A stretch of DNA of 41,626 nucleotides from Candidatus Acidiferrum sp. (GTDB taxonomy: Bacteria; Pseudomonadota; Gammaproteobacteria; Pseudomonadales; Pseudohongiellaceae), in assembly GCA_035500035.1 (NCBI GenBank), contig DATJXP010000294.1, positions 1-41,626 on the forward strand. Reading direction: 5' to 3'. Shown piece by piece: positions 1-9,027 of this stretch. Made by a program: the position numbers and the translations under genes. The notes under the pieces are model-generated. The model saw only the letters and a list, made by a program, of their open reading frames with translations. It had not been told where the DNA came from and made no database searches. Each line of letters opens with the position of its first letter. Positions within the stretch are counted from its first letter, which is position 1.

Positions 1-1062
1 GTCCACGGTCGTGATTGGCACCTGACCATGATCGGGAGTGAAATGCACCTTGTAACCGCCGGCACCCGCGACAGCAGTCCATGACAACGTGATGCTGGCG
101 TTATTGCCGTACTGCACGCGCGGCTTGGGCACAGCCGGGCAAGTAGTGTCGAAGTCGTACTGCGCCAACGTCCTCGTAATGAACTTTTGTATTGCCGTGC
201 TCGATGCGAACACATTGGCCAGCGACATGCCGCAGATCGGCAGCCCGGCGGCCATGCCGACCCGCGACACCACGCCGACGATTTCGTAGCTACCATTGAA
301 CGTCTCCAGTACCGGCGAACCAATGTCTTCCAGGCACGGATAGCTCTGCTGATTGCGGAAATCGAGATACAGCTGGTTGCCGGTGGTATCGATAGTCGCC
401 AGCTTGTCGAGTGCGGTCGCCGGTGCGTTGGCGGCAGTCGGATCGATGACTGTGCCAACGGTCTGGAACAGCGTGGCACCGGCCGTTGGCTGCGTCATCA
501 CGTAGCAGAACGCGCCGGTGACGGAAAAAACCGAGCTGCCGATGCTGCACGTGGCGGCGGTGGCGGTGACACCAGGATTGTAGAAACCGTCGTACACCGG
601 CAACGACTGCTGTTTGCCGAGGATGACGGCGAGGCTGCCCTGCAACTGGGTCGCCGTGCGGGTGGAAACCGGCAACGTCGTCGCGGGGCTGGGCAACGAA
701 ATATGGAACAACGCCAGCGAGTAGTCGTCGGTTACGTAGTACTTGTCCACATCCGAGCCATCGATGAACGGCCCGAGCTTGACATAGAACTGGGGATCGC
801 TGCCGGGTGCGACACTGTCGAGATAATGATTGGGATCGGCCAGACAAGTGCCGGCGCTGAGTATCCACTGCGGCGCGATCAATGCCCCCTTGCACAGCTC
901 GTGATAACCGGTGCTGGTCCATACATTGATAAACGCCATCCAACCAGGAATCGTCTGAACAGTGGTAGTCGGGTTCACCAATGCCAACACCGGCAACGCG
1001 ATGAGCGACAACAACGACAGCAAGAGTTTGCGCAGGCCCAGTCTGTTCACAGCGTCGTTCAT
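1..1062 (-). CDS. Trypsin-fold (S1-like) secreted protein with all three catalytic positions substituted (predicted pseudoprotease) plus a C-terminal FN3-like domain. The 3' end runs off the window.
   Basis: Absent from the supplied ORF track because it is open to the window edge. My translation of the minus strand from the ATG at 1062-1060 gives MNDAVNRLGLRKLLLSLLSLIALPVLA (signal peptide). It continues with QWILSAGTCL (vs LTAAHC), YSLALF (vs DVALV), EDIGSPV (vs GDSGGP) and ITLSWTAVAGAGGYKVHF. The ATG overlaps the TGA of the upstream protease gene (ATGA). Confidence 0.7.
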   Translation of the reverse strand, partial: MNDAVNRLGLRKLLLSLLSLIALPVLALVNPTTTVQTIPGWMAFINVWTSTGYHELCKGALIAPQWILSAGTCLADPNHYLDSVAPGSDPQFYVKLGPFIDGSDVDKYYVTDDYSLALFHISLPSPATTLPVSTRTATQLQGSLAVILGKQQSLPVYDGFYNPGVTATAATCSIGSSVFSVTGAFCYVMTQPTAGATLFQTVGTVIDPTAANAPATALDKLATIDTTGNQLYLDFRNQQSYPCLEDIGSPVLETFNGSYEIVGVVSRVGMAAGLPICGMSLANVFASSTAIQKFITRTLAQYDFDTTCPAVPKPRVQYGNNASITLSWTAVAGAGGYKVHFTPDHGQVPITTVD

Positions 1063-2327
1063 GGCACTGTCACCTCGAGCGGTTTCGGGATGCTGCCGTC
1101 GCAGTCGCTGCCCTTGGCCATGATCCCCACCTCATAATGCGCGCCGCTCGGCAGATTGATATTCAATACCGTGGTGGAAGCCGGCAACGTCAACCGGTTC
1201 AACGCGCCGTCCTTATGCGGCACCGGCTCATACAGCAGCAGGTATCCGGTCGCGCCAGTGACTGCCTTCCACGACAGCGAGACTTGCGCGGTGCCGGCCG
1301 TCACCGGGCCGACATCCAGCGCCGGCGTCACGGCCGCCGGGCACAACTGACTGAAATCCAGTTGCTGATTGCTGGCGACAGTTTGATCGATGAAGTCGAG
1401 GAACTGCGCCACTTCGGTGTAGAACTGCAAACCATTCGGGACCAGGCAGCGAGCGTCCAGCACGAAGCTGGCGATGCCGGCGATCACTTGCTTGCCGTTC
1501 ACCGTCGCCAGCATGGGGCCGCCGCTGTCGCCGAAGCAGGCGCTGACTTTGCCGGACTGGTCGAGAATGCAAAGATCGCCGGTTTGCACCGGATGGGTCG
1601 GATCGAGACCACTGGGCACGCCGTAGTTGTTATCGCTCAGATAAGCCCTGTAGCTGTTGTAGCACTCTCTATTGGACAACACACTGAGCTGACCGCTCTG
1701 TAATTGCCGGACCGGATCAAGTTTGCTGAAAACGATCGAATTGCACGAGAACACCGTTTGATCGGCAGGTTGGGTGACGAAGTTCAGTGTGCAGGCCGGC
1801 GTCCTTACACCGATGGTGCTGCCCCAGCCGAGCAAGGTGACGGTGACATCCGCCAACGTGCCGGCATCCAGTGCCGACGGCAAAGCGATCGGCGTGGCAG
1901 TAGCTGCTGCCGCCAGGCGCACCAGGGCGACATCGTTGACGAACGAGATGTTGTCGTAACGAGGATTGCTGATGATTTCGCTGACATCGAACAATTGACC
2001 ACCCGTGCCGTCGAGATCGTCGCGCCCCACCAGCACCTGAAAACTGCCGGGCTGTTGCGAAACCACGCAGTGCGCCGCCGTCAGTATCCATGTCGGCGCG
2101 ATCAGGCTGCCGCCGCAGAATTGCTTCTGGCTGTTGGCTTTATTGCCGGAGGATTTGGACAGCAGCGCCGCCATCCATGGATAGGCACCGGACGGTGCCG
2201 CGCTGCCGCCGATGATGGGATCGGCACTGCTGCTGGTCCCGTTGCCAGTACCGCTGCCTGGCTCCACCGCGGCGACGTTGGCGGCGACTGCGCACCACAA
2301 AGCCAGCAGCGCCAAAATCCGTCCCAT
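1059..2327 (-). CDS. Secreted S1 family trypsin-like serine protease with a C-terminal FN3-like domain
   Basis: IIGG mature N-terminus and the catalytic triad motifs WILTAAHCV, NDVALVRL and CFGDSGGPM. Signal peptide MGRILALLALWCAVAANVAA. I trimmed the start to the ATG at 2327 because the longer ORF would overlap the GH3 gene and encodes an Arg-rich extension. C-terminal SLSWKAVTGATGYLLLYEP is FN3-like. Confidence 0.9.
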   Translation of the reverse strand: MGRILALLALWCAVAANVAAVEPGSGTGNGTSSSADPIIGGSAAPSGAYPWMAALLSKSSGNKANSQKQFCGGSLIAPTWILTAAHCVVSQQPGSFQVLVGRDDLDGTGGQLFDVSEIISNPRYDNISFVNDVALVRLAAAATATPIALPSALDAGTLADVTVTLLGWGSTIGVRTPACTLNFVTQPADQTVFSCNSIVFSKLDPVRQLQSGQLSVLSNRECYNSYRAYLSDNNYGVPSGLDPTHPVQTGDLCILDQSGKVSACFGDSGGPMLATVNGKQVIAGIASFVLDARCLVPNGLQFYTEVAQFLDFIDQTVASNQQLDFSQLCPAAVTPALDVGPVTAGTAQVSLSWKAVTGATGYLLLYEPVPHKDGALNRLTLPASTTVLNINLPSGAHYEVGIMAKGSDCDGSIPKPLEVTVP

Positions 2328-2391
2328 GATCACAAAAGTCCCGTTCACAACCGTTGCTTGCCCTGCTTGTCGCGTCGCGGCACGCGACACG

Positions 2392-4251
2392 TTACGCCGG
2401 GTAACCCAGCCCATGCCCGAACGGATAGAGCGGATCGTAATTGGCATCGCCCACATTGATCGGTTCCTGCGCCGTGCTGCGCGGCCACGTGAACGACAGC
2501 TTGCCGCTCGGTGCATGATCGCCGAACAACACATCGGCCACTCCTTCTCCTTCGGTACCCGGCAACCATGCTGCCACGACCGCGGCGCACTTGTCGTGGG
2601 CGTCGCCCAAGACTTGCGGTCGGCCCGACAGCACGATCAACACCAGCGGCACGCCACTCTGTTGCAGCTTCGCTACCAGCGCCTGGTCTTCCTTCGTCAA
2701 CGACAGATCGGCGCGATCGCCGACGCCTTCGGCATACGGCTGTTCGCCGACGACTACCACGCACGCATCGGCGCCTTCGACACCGCTGCCATCGGCGGCG
2801 TAGGTAAACTTCGTTTTCGGTGAAGCGTAGTGCAGTGCCTGCAGGATCGTGGTGCCGCCCGGCGTCACCGCGCCCATCTGGCCTTGCCACTCCACCGTCC
2901 AGCCGCCGCACTGCATGCCGATGTCGTCGGCACCGATGCCGGCGACATGAATGCGTTTCGCCGTGCGCTTGAGCGGCAGCGTCTGCTTGTCGTTCTTCAG
3001 CAACACCAGCGATTCGCGCACGGCCTGACGGGCAAGCGCACGATGGGCGGCACCGCCGAAGGTGGCGTGCAGTTTGCGGTCGGCCAGTTGATTGCGTTTG
3101 GCATCGAGCAGGCCCATCTGCGATTTGACCCGCAGGATGCGCGTCACCGCATCGTCGATGCGCGCCATGCTGACCTTGCCTTCGTTGACGAGCTCCTTCA
3201 ACGTGGTGATGAAACGCACGTACTGCGCCGGCTCCATCGCCATGTCCATGCCGGCATTGATCGAGGCTTCGAGCGCCTTCTTGTAGTCGCGATCGATCTG
3301 GCCGATGGCGTAGTAATCGGAAACCAGGAAACCTTCAAAGCCGAGTTCATTCTTCAATACGTCGGTCAGCAGATGTTTGATGCCGGAGGCCTTGACGCCA
3401 TTCCAACTGCTGTACGACACCATGATCGAACCGACGCCGGCGGCGACTGCAGCCTGATAACCCGGCAGATGAATGCGGCGCAGCGTCGCTTCATCGACCT
3501 CGGTGTTGCCCTGATCCATGCCGGGCGAGCCGTCGCGGCGCTTGGTCGAGCCCCACGTGGTGCCGCCGTCGCCGACGAAATGCTTGGCGCAGGCCAGCAC
3601 CGCTTGCGGATTCTGCAGCCCGCCGTGCTGCATGCCGCGCACGGCGGCGGCGCCGAGTTCGGCCACGACAGCGGGATCTTCCGAATAACCTTCGTAGGTG
3701 CGGCCCCAGCGATCATCGCGCGGCACCGCTACGCACGGCGCGAACGTCCAATGAATCCCGGTAGCGCGCACTTCTTCGGCGGTGACCTGGCCCAGCGCTT
3801 CCACCAGTTTCGCGTTGCGCGTGCAACCGAGCCCGACGTTGTGCGGATACACGGTGGCACCGAGCACGTTGTTGTGGCCATGCACTGCATCGACACCGTA
3901 CAGAATGGGAATGCCGAGCCGCGTCTTGCGGCTGATGCCGATCAAGCGATCGACCGTATTGGTCCATGCCTCCAGCGAATTGCCTTCGACCGGATCGGCA
4001 CCGCCGCCGCTGAGCACGGAGCCGACGAAGTAAGTGGCGATGTCGGCCTCGTCCTTCATGTTGCCGAGTTCGGGCTGCACCATCTGGCCGATTTTTTCGT
4101 CGAGCGTCATCTTCGCCAGCAGCGGCTTGATCTTCGCGTCTTCGGCGGCGAGCGATTTCTGCGTGGTTTGTGCACGCACCGGCAGTCCATGCAGCAGCAT
4201 CGGCGTTGCGGTGAGCACGAGGGCGGATTGACAGAACAAGCGGCGGCGCAT
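2392..4251 (-). CDS. bglX: Glycoside hydrolase family 3 beta-glucosidase (periplasmic, BglX-like)
   Basis: 619 aa with GH3 hallmarks KHFVGDGGT and [14 protein letters not shown] (nucleophile Asp). N-terminal [29 protein letters not shown] is a signal peptide with an RR motif. Confidence 0.9.
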   Translation of the reverse strand: MRRRLFCQSALVLTATPMLLHGLPVRAQTTQKSLAAEDAKIKPLLAKMTLDEKIGQMVQPELGNMKDEADIATYFVGSVLSGGGADPVEGNSLEAWTNTVDRLIGISRKTRLGIPILYGVDAVHGHNNVLGATVYPHNVGLGCTRNAKLVEALGQVTAEEVRATGIHWTFAPCVAVPRDDRWGRTYEGYSEDPAVVAELGAAAVRGMQHGGLQNPQAVLACAKHFVGDGGTTWGSTKRRDGSPGMDQGNTEVDEATLRRIHLPGYQAAVAAGVGSIMVSYSSWNGVKASGIKHLLTDVLKNELGFEGFLVSDYYAIGQIDRDYKKALEASINAGMDMAMEPAQYVRFITTLKELVNEGKVSMARIDDAVTRILRVKSQMGLLDAKRNQLADRKLHATFGGAAHRALARQAVRESLVLLKNDKQTLPLKRTAKRIHVAGIGADDIGMQCGGWTVEWQGQMGAVTPGGTTILQALHYASPKTKFTYAADGSGVEGADACVVVVGEQPYAEGVGDRADLSLTKEDQALVAKLQQSGVPLVLIVLSGRPQVLGDAHDKCAAVVAAWLPGTEGEGVADVLFGDHAPSGKLSFTWPRSTAQEPINVGDANYDPLYPFGHGLGYPA

Positions 4252-4349
4252 GACAAACTCCTGTTATTGTTTTACGGGCCGGCGGATGATCCATCAGCTG
4301 CGACGACAAGTACAAGCTAGAATCGGCGCATTACCAAGGGGAACCACGC

Positions 4350-5330
4350 ATGACCACCGTGATCGCCAGCGAGCGTTCAGCCGCCGCCGTGCCGGACGAC
4401 TTCGGCCCGGGCTGGTACGCGATCGCTTCCACCCGCGAACTCAGGCGCGACCGGCCGCTGGCGTTGACCCGCTTCGGCCACAAGCTGGTGGCGTTCCGCG
4501 CCAATGGCGAAATCGGCGTGCTGTTCGACCGCTGCCCGCATCGCGGCGTGCAGTTGAGCGCCGGCAGCGTGCAGGACGGCCAGCTGGCCTGCCCTTTCCA
4601 TGGCTTCCGCTTCGATCACACCGGCGCTTGCGTGCAGATTCCGGTACAACCGGCCGCTGCCGTGATTCCCAAGGCCCTGCGTTGCCGCAGCCTGCCGGCA
4701 CGCGAACAACACGGATTCATTTTTGCGTGGTGGGGCGCAGTGCCGGACTCACTACCCGCCATCGATTGGTTCGATGACGAACTGCGCGACTGCGACGGCC
4801 CTTACGAGCATAGTGTCGACAGTGACGTGGGCCTGTCGCGCAACATCGAGAATCAGCTCGACATGGCGCACCTGCCGTTCGTGCATGGCAAGAGCCTCGG
4901 CCGCCTCGTCAAATCGCCCATCGTCGAAGTGGACTGTACGGTGAACGGCCAGCGTCTGCGCATGACCAAGCGTGGCAGCACCTCGGGGTTTTTCATCGAG
5001 CTACGCCTGCCCGGTTTATGGATCAACCGTATCGGTGCCAACAGCTGGGTATTTCTCGCCTTCGCGCCGATCACGCCGACGCGCACGCGGCTCTACACCC
5101 GCTACTACCAGGGTTCGTTCAAGGTGCCGGTGCTGAAAAAAGTGCTGGGCTGGTTCATGGGCTGGTCCAACCTGTGGATCCTGCGCGAGGATCTGCGCGT
5201 CGTGCACACGCACGACACGCCAGTGAGTCCGCGACTCGACGGCAGCGAACTGTTGCTGCCGTTCGACATCGCGGCCATCGAATACCGCCGGCTGCGCGAA
5301 CAATGGCTGCGCGGCGGCAAGGCCGATTGA
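4350..5330 (+). CDS. Rieske [2Fe-2S] non-heme iron oxygenase (PaO/KshA-like alpha subunit)
   Basis: Rieske motif CPHRGVQLSAGSVQDGQLACPFHGFRF (CxH...CxxH). Mononuclear iron motif ENQLDMAHLPFVH (E-x3-D-x2-H-x4-H). AAGGGGA RBS upstream of the ATG at 4350. Confidence 0.85.
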   Translation: MTTVIASERSAAAVPDDFGPGWYAIASTRELRRDRPLALTRFGHKLVAFRANGEIGVLFDRCPHRGVQLSAGSVQDGQLACPFHGFRFDHTGACVQIPVQPAAAVIPKALRCRSLPAREQHGFIFAWWGAVPDSLPAIDWFDDELRDCDGPYEHSVDSDVGLSRNIENQLDMAHLPFVHGKSLGRLVKSPIVEVDCTVNGQRLRMTKRGSTSGFFIELRLPGLWINRIGANSWVFLAFAPITPTRTRLYTRYYQGSFKVPVLKKVLGWFMGWSNLWILREDLRVVHTHDTPVSPRLDGSELLLPFDIAAIEYRRLREQWLRGGKAD

Positions 5331-6551
5331 TCAACGCTCGGCCAGCGTATCCGGATTGCGACGACCGGTATCGATGACGAAGTTGCCGGTGATCGACTTC
5401 AGCGTCGGCGTGCCGCTGCCGCGCATGCAGATGGCGAATTCGCGGTTCAGGATATCGATCACGCGTTCGACGCCGGCCTGACCGAAGGCACCGAGGCCCC
5501 AGCAGTACGGGCGACCGATGCCGACGGCGGAAGCGCCGAGCGCAATCGCCTTGAACACGTCGGTGCCGCGGCGGATGCCGCCATCGACCATCACCGGCAC
5601 CTTGCCGTTCACTGCCTTCACCACTTCCGGCAGATCTTCGATGGTGCCGCGGCCGGTGTCGGTGGCGCGGCCGCCGTGATTGGAAACGATGATGCCATCG
5701 ACGCCGGCTTTCAGCGCCAGTTCGGCGTCTTCCGCCACTTCGAGGCCTTTGACCATCACGTGCATCTTGGTGACGTCCTTCATGCGCTTGATGACGTCCC
5801 ACGTCAGTTTGGGATCGACCAGTCCACTACGGGCGAGGCCTTCGAACATCGGCTTGGTCTTGCCTTCGTAGTGGCAGTCCTCGCAGATGCGGGTGTCCTT
5901 GCGGGTGAACAGCTCCTGCGTCTCGGTGTTGCGGCCGCCGGGCAGGTCGATGGTGAAGCACACAGTGGTGCAACCGGCCGCTTCGGCACGCTTCAGCATC
6001 TTGACGGTGTTGTCCCATACATTGGTGGAATACAGCTGGAACCACAGGCTCTTGCCGTTGCGCGCCTTGATCACGTCTTCGACCGAATGCGAGGCCTGGG
6101 TCGAGATGATCATGTGCGAATCTTTAGCCGCCGACGCCTTCGCAACGCCGGTTTCGCCGTCATGATGGAACGCGGCGCAGCTGCCGACCGGGCTCATGAC
6201 GATAGGCGAGTTGGCTACCGCGCCGAGAAAATTGATCTTGGTGTCGATCTGCGACACGTCGGTCAGCAACCGGCGCGGGCGAATCTGGAACCGCGTGTAA
6301 CCGAGCTGGTTGAAGTGCAGCGTGCCGTCGCTGTCGACGCCGGAATTCAGGTAGCCCCAGTGCGACGGCGGAATCTTTTCGCTCGCCAGTTGGCGCATCT
6401 CGAACACGTTAAGAACTTCCTTCGGGTCTTTCAGCGTTTCGCCGAGCGCGTGCTCCACTTCGGCGGCAAAGGCCTCGTACGTGGTCAGCAACGGGCTGGC
6501 GGCGAGAAACTGCAGGAAACGGCGGCGGGCACTGGCATTGGACGGCGTCAT
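5331..6551 (-). CDS. FMN-dependent alpha-hydroxy-acid oxidase/dehydrogenase (LldD/glycolate oxidase family) with a twin-arginine signal
   Basis: IIVSNHGGRATD motif and a TIM-barrel FMN family-like sequence. N-terminal SARRRFLQFLAASPLLTTYEAFA is Tat-type. I chose the ATG at 6551, which is preceded by GAGGGGA; the track ORF extends to 6590. Confidence 0.8.
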   Translation of the reverse strand: MTPSNASARRRFLQFLAASPLLTTYEAFAAEVEHALGETLKDPKEVLNVFEMRQLASEKIPPSHWGYLNSGVDSDGTLHFNQLGYTRFQIRPRRLLTDVSQIDTKINFLGAVANSPIVMSPVGSCAAFHHDGETGVAKASAAKDSHMIISTQASHSVEDVIKARNGKSLWFQLYSTNVWDNTVKMLKRAEAAGCTTVCFTIDLPGGRNTETQELFTRKDTRICEDCHYEGKTKPMFEGLARSGLVDPKLTWDVIKRMKDVTKMHVMVKGLEVAEDAELALKAGVDGIIVSNHGGRATDTGRGTIEDLPEVVKAVNGKVPVMVDGGIRRGTDVFKAIALGASAVGIGRPYCWGLGAFGQAGVERVIDILNREFAICMRGSGTPTLKSITGNFVIDTGRRNPDTLAER

Positions 6552-6654
6552 GGAATCCCCTCGGTGTACGCGGAACGCAGGCGCCGTCAAGGTGAATGTG
6601 GCACCTGCTCCTTTGCGTACGTGTTGATGTGTGGTGATGCGTGGTGTTGTCGAA

Positions 6655-7260
6655 TCAGTAGGAGCGATTCGACTTTAGCCAAAACTCCAAAGGCTTGGAA
6701 GTCTCCGCGACCTGATCGATGTCTTTCCACACATAGTTTGCACAAAGTCCCGGCTGCTTGCGGTAGCCGCGCTTGAGCCAGAACGGATCGAGCGGATGGT
6801 AGCCGGCCGGACGCAGCGGGTGATCGATGGGACGCACGACCGAACAGAACGCGTAATAAGCAAAATCGCCCAGCTCCCTGGCGTGTGCTTCGCGTTCGTC
6901 AAAAAAGTTCTTGCCGAGGCCGTGCCCGCGGTACTCCTTGCGCAGCACCGACTCGGCGCAATAGAACACGTCCTTCGGGTTGTAGCCCTTGTCGATGAAC
7001 GGTTGCTTGAAGTTGTCTTCCTCGAATTGCAGCGGAATCCCGGTCGAGGCGCCGACTACGGCATCGTCGTCGAACGCGACCACGACCACCGCCTGCGGAC
7101 ACTGCACATAGGTCTGCAAGTATTTGCGCTCGTATTCCATCGTGCCGTCGTACAGGTACGGAAAATCGCGGAACACCTCGATGCGCAAGCGCGCGACCTC
7201 GTCGAGATAATCGTTGAGGGCGGTGCCGGTGAAGCGGCGTATGATCAAGGCAGCGGACAA
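6655..7260 (-). CDS. GNAT family N-acetyltransferase
   Basis: 201 aa with acetyl-CoA motif A, EYRGHGLGKNFF. TTG start at 7260 is preceded by GGGAGA 7 nt upstream. Confidence 0.75.
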   Translation of the reverse strand: MSAALIIRRFTGTALNDYLDEVARLRIEVFRDFPYLYDGTMEYERKYLQTYVQCPQAVVVVAFDDDAVVGASTGIPLQFEEDNFKQPFIDKGYNPKDVFYCAESVLRKEYRGHGLGKNFFDEREAHARELGDFAYYAFCSVVRPIDHPLRPAGYHPLDPFWLKRGYRKQPGLCANYVWKDIDQVAETSKPLEFWLKSNRSY

Positions 7261-7390
7261 GGTCTTGTCTCCCGTCGAGTGCGGCGATTCTACGCCCGTC
7301 GCCCCGCTTCAAGTCTGTTGCAGCTCACAATTACCGGCGGCACGGTTACGAGAGAAATTTGGAACCTTTGTGACAAGTGCGCGGGTTGCC

Positions 7391-7420
7391 TTGACTCGCT
7401 CGCGGCAGGGGTTCTATATG
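7391..7420 (+). promoter_or_regulatory. Candidate sigma70 promoter for the ankyrin/DUF1592/DUF1552 operon
   Basis: -35 TTGACT (7391-7396), 18-nt spacer, -10 TATATG (7415-7420), about 48 nt upstream of the ATG at 7468. By-eye match only. Confidence 0.35.
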
Positions 7421-7467
7421 GCTGATTACGCTTTTGCCGAAGGCTGATTCGCTTTCCTTTTCAGGCC

Positions 7468-9027
7468 ATGCCCAAACTCCGACATCAATTGCTCATGCTG
7501 CTGGTCGCCGCCGGTGCCGCCACCCAGGTCGCCGCCGCCGAACCCGATCATCGCCTGCCCGACGCGGCGATGAACCGCGACTTCGCCACCGTCGGCGCGT
7601 TGCTCGGCAAGGGCATCGACCCCAACACGCGCGGCGAGTACGAAACGCCCGCGCTGTTGTGGCTGGTCGAAGTCGATGAAGTCGCCACCGCCGCCAAATT
7701 GCTGAAGGCCGGCGCCGACGTGAACATTTCGACCCCGCTCGGCGTCACCGCGCTGAAGCTCGCCATCGGCAACGGCAGCGAGGCGATGACGAAACTGCTG
7801 CTGGACGCCGGCGCCCGCGCCAATACGCTGGAGCCGAGCGGCGAGAGCCTGCTGATGACCGCCGCCGCCGTCGGCGTGCCCGGCGTCGTGAAGACCATGC
7901 TCGCGCACGGCGCCGACGTCAACTTCCGCGACGCCACCTACGCCCAGAGTGCGCTGATGATCGCCGCGCGCGAAGGCCACACCGACATCGCCGACCTGCT
8001 GCTGAAAGCCGGTGCCGACGTCAATGCGAAAACCACCGTGTTTCCCGCACCCGCCTTCATCAAACCCAACTCGGTGCCCGGCTTCGGTTTCGGCGTCGGC
8101 ATATTGCGCGGCGGCCCGCCGGCCGATCGTGGCCGGCGCGAACCGCAAGCCGGCGGCATGACGCCGCTGCTGTACGCCGCGCGTCAAGGCCATGTCGATG
8201 TGGCGAAACTGCTGCTCGCGCATGGCGCCGAACTGAACGCACGCGAAGCCAACGACATCTGGCCGCTGCTGATGGCGATTTCCAACGACAACATGACCAT
8301 GGCGGAATTCCTGCTGCAACAGAAAGGCGTGCTGATCAACGGCCAGGACTGGTACGGCCGCAGCCCGATCTGGGAAGCCGTCAACGTGCGCAACCTTTAT
8401 GTGCACAACGCCACGTTCGTCAACGGCATCGACCGCGCGCCGGTGCTGGAACTGATCAAGCATCTGCTGGACGCCGGCGCCGATCCCAATGTGCGCACGA
8501 AGGAAGCGCCGCCGGTGCGCCAGCATCTGTTGCCGATCACCGGCACGCTGGAGTGGGTCGATTTCACCGGGCAGACGCCGTTTCTCGCCGCCGCCTATGC
8601 CGGCGACGTCACCGTGATGAAGCTGCTGCTGCAATACAAAGCCGACCCGAAGATCGAAACTTTCCGCGGCACTTCGGCCTTGATGGCAGCCGCCGGCGTC
8701 AACTGGGTTTACGCGCAAACGTGGACCGAAGGCGAGCCGCAATTGCTGGAAGCGGTGAAGCTGTGCAAATCGCTCGGCATGGATGTGAACCAGAAGAATT
8801 CGATGGGCGTCACCGCCTTGATGGGCGCCGCCAACCGCGGCAGCGACAGCATCATCAAGTACCTGGTCGATCAGGGCGCCGACGTCACCACGCAGGATAA
8901 CGAACACCGCACCGCGCTCGATTGGGCCAAGGGCGTGTTCCTCGCCACCCATCCGGCCGAACAGAAACCGAAGTCGATGGCGCTGCTGACATCGATGCTG
9001 CAAACCCAGGGCAAGGAGGTACGCTGA
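7468..9027 (+). CDS. Secreted (periplasmic) ankyrin-repeat protein
   Basis: Signal peptide MPKLRHQLLMLLVAAGAATQVAAA. Multiple ANK repeats, e.g. GMTPLLYAARQGHVDVAKLLLAHGAELNA and GVTALMGAANRGSDSIIKYLVDQGADV. Confidence 0.85.
   Translation: MPKLRHQLLMLLVAAGAATQVAAAEPDHRLPDAAMNRDFATVGALLGKGIDPNTRGEYETPALLWLVEVDEVATAAKLLKAGADVNISTPLGVTALKLAIGNGSEAMTKLLLDAGARANTLEPSGESLLMTAAAVGVPGVVKTMLAHGADVNFRDATYAQSALMIAAREGHTDIADLLLKAGADVNAKTTVFPAPAFIKPNSVPGFGFGVGILRGGPPADRGRREPQAGGMTPLLYAARQGHVDVAKLLLAHGAELNAREANDIWPLLMAISNDNMTMAEFLLQQKGVLINGQDWYGRSPIWEAVNVRNLYVHNATFVNGIDRAPVLELIKHLLDAGADPNVRTKEAPPVRQHLLPITGTLEWVDFTGQTPFLAAAYAGDVTVMKLLLQYKADPKIETFRGTSALMAAAGVNWVYAQTWTEGEPQLLEAVKLCKSLGMDVNQKNSMGVTALMGAANRGSDSIIKYLVDQGADVTTQDNEHRTALDWAKGVFLATHPAEQKPKSMALLTSMLQTQGKEVR

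Noticed and set aside
187-1137. 316-aa plus-strand ORF and the 217-aa minus ORF (290..943) offered by the track at the left end
   Set aside because: Both are Arg-rich and featureless. A third frame on the minus strand (1..1062), open to the window edge, encodes a signal peptide, a trypsin fold and an FN3-like domain, and starts at an ATGA overlap with the protease gene.
2830-4320. 496-aa plus-strand ORF opposite the GH3 gene
   Set aside because: An antisense artefact; GH3 motifs are unambiguous on the minus strand.
6599-6616. Sigma54-like TGGCAC...TTTGC element
   Set aside because: The GG-to-GC spacing is about 3 nt too long for a -24/-12 promoter. It also faces the 3' end of the minus-strand GNAT gene, so no downstream gene would be served.
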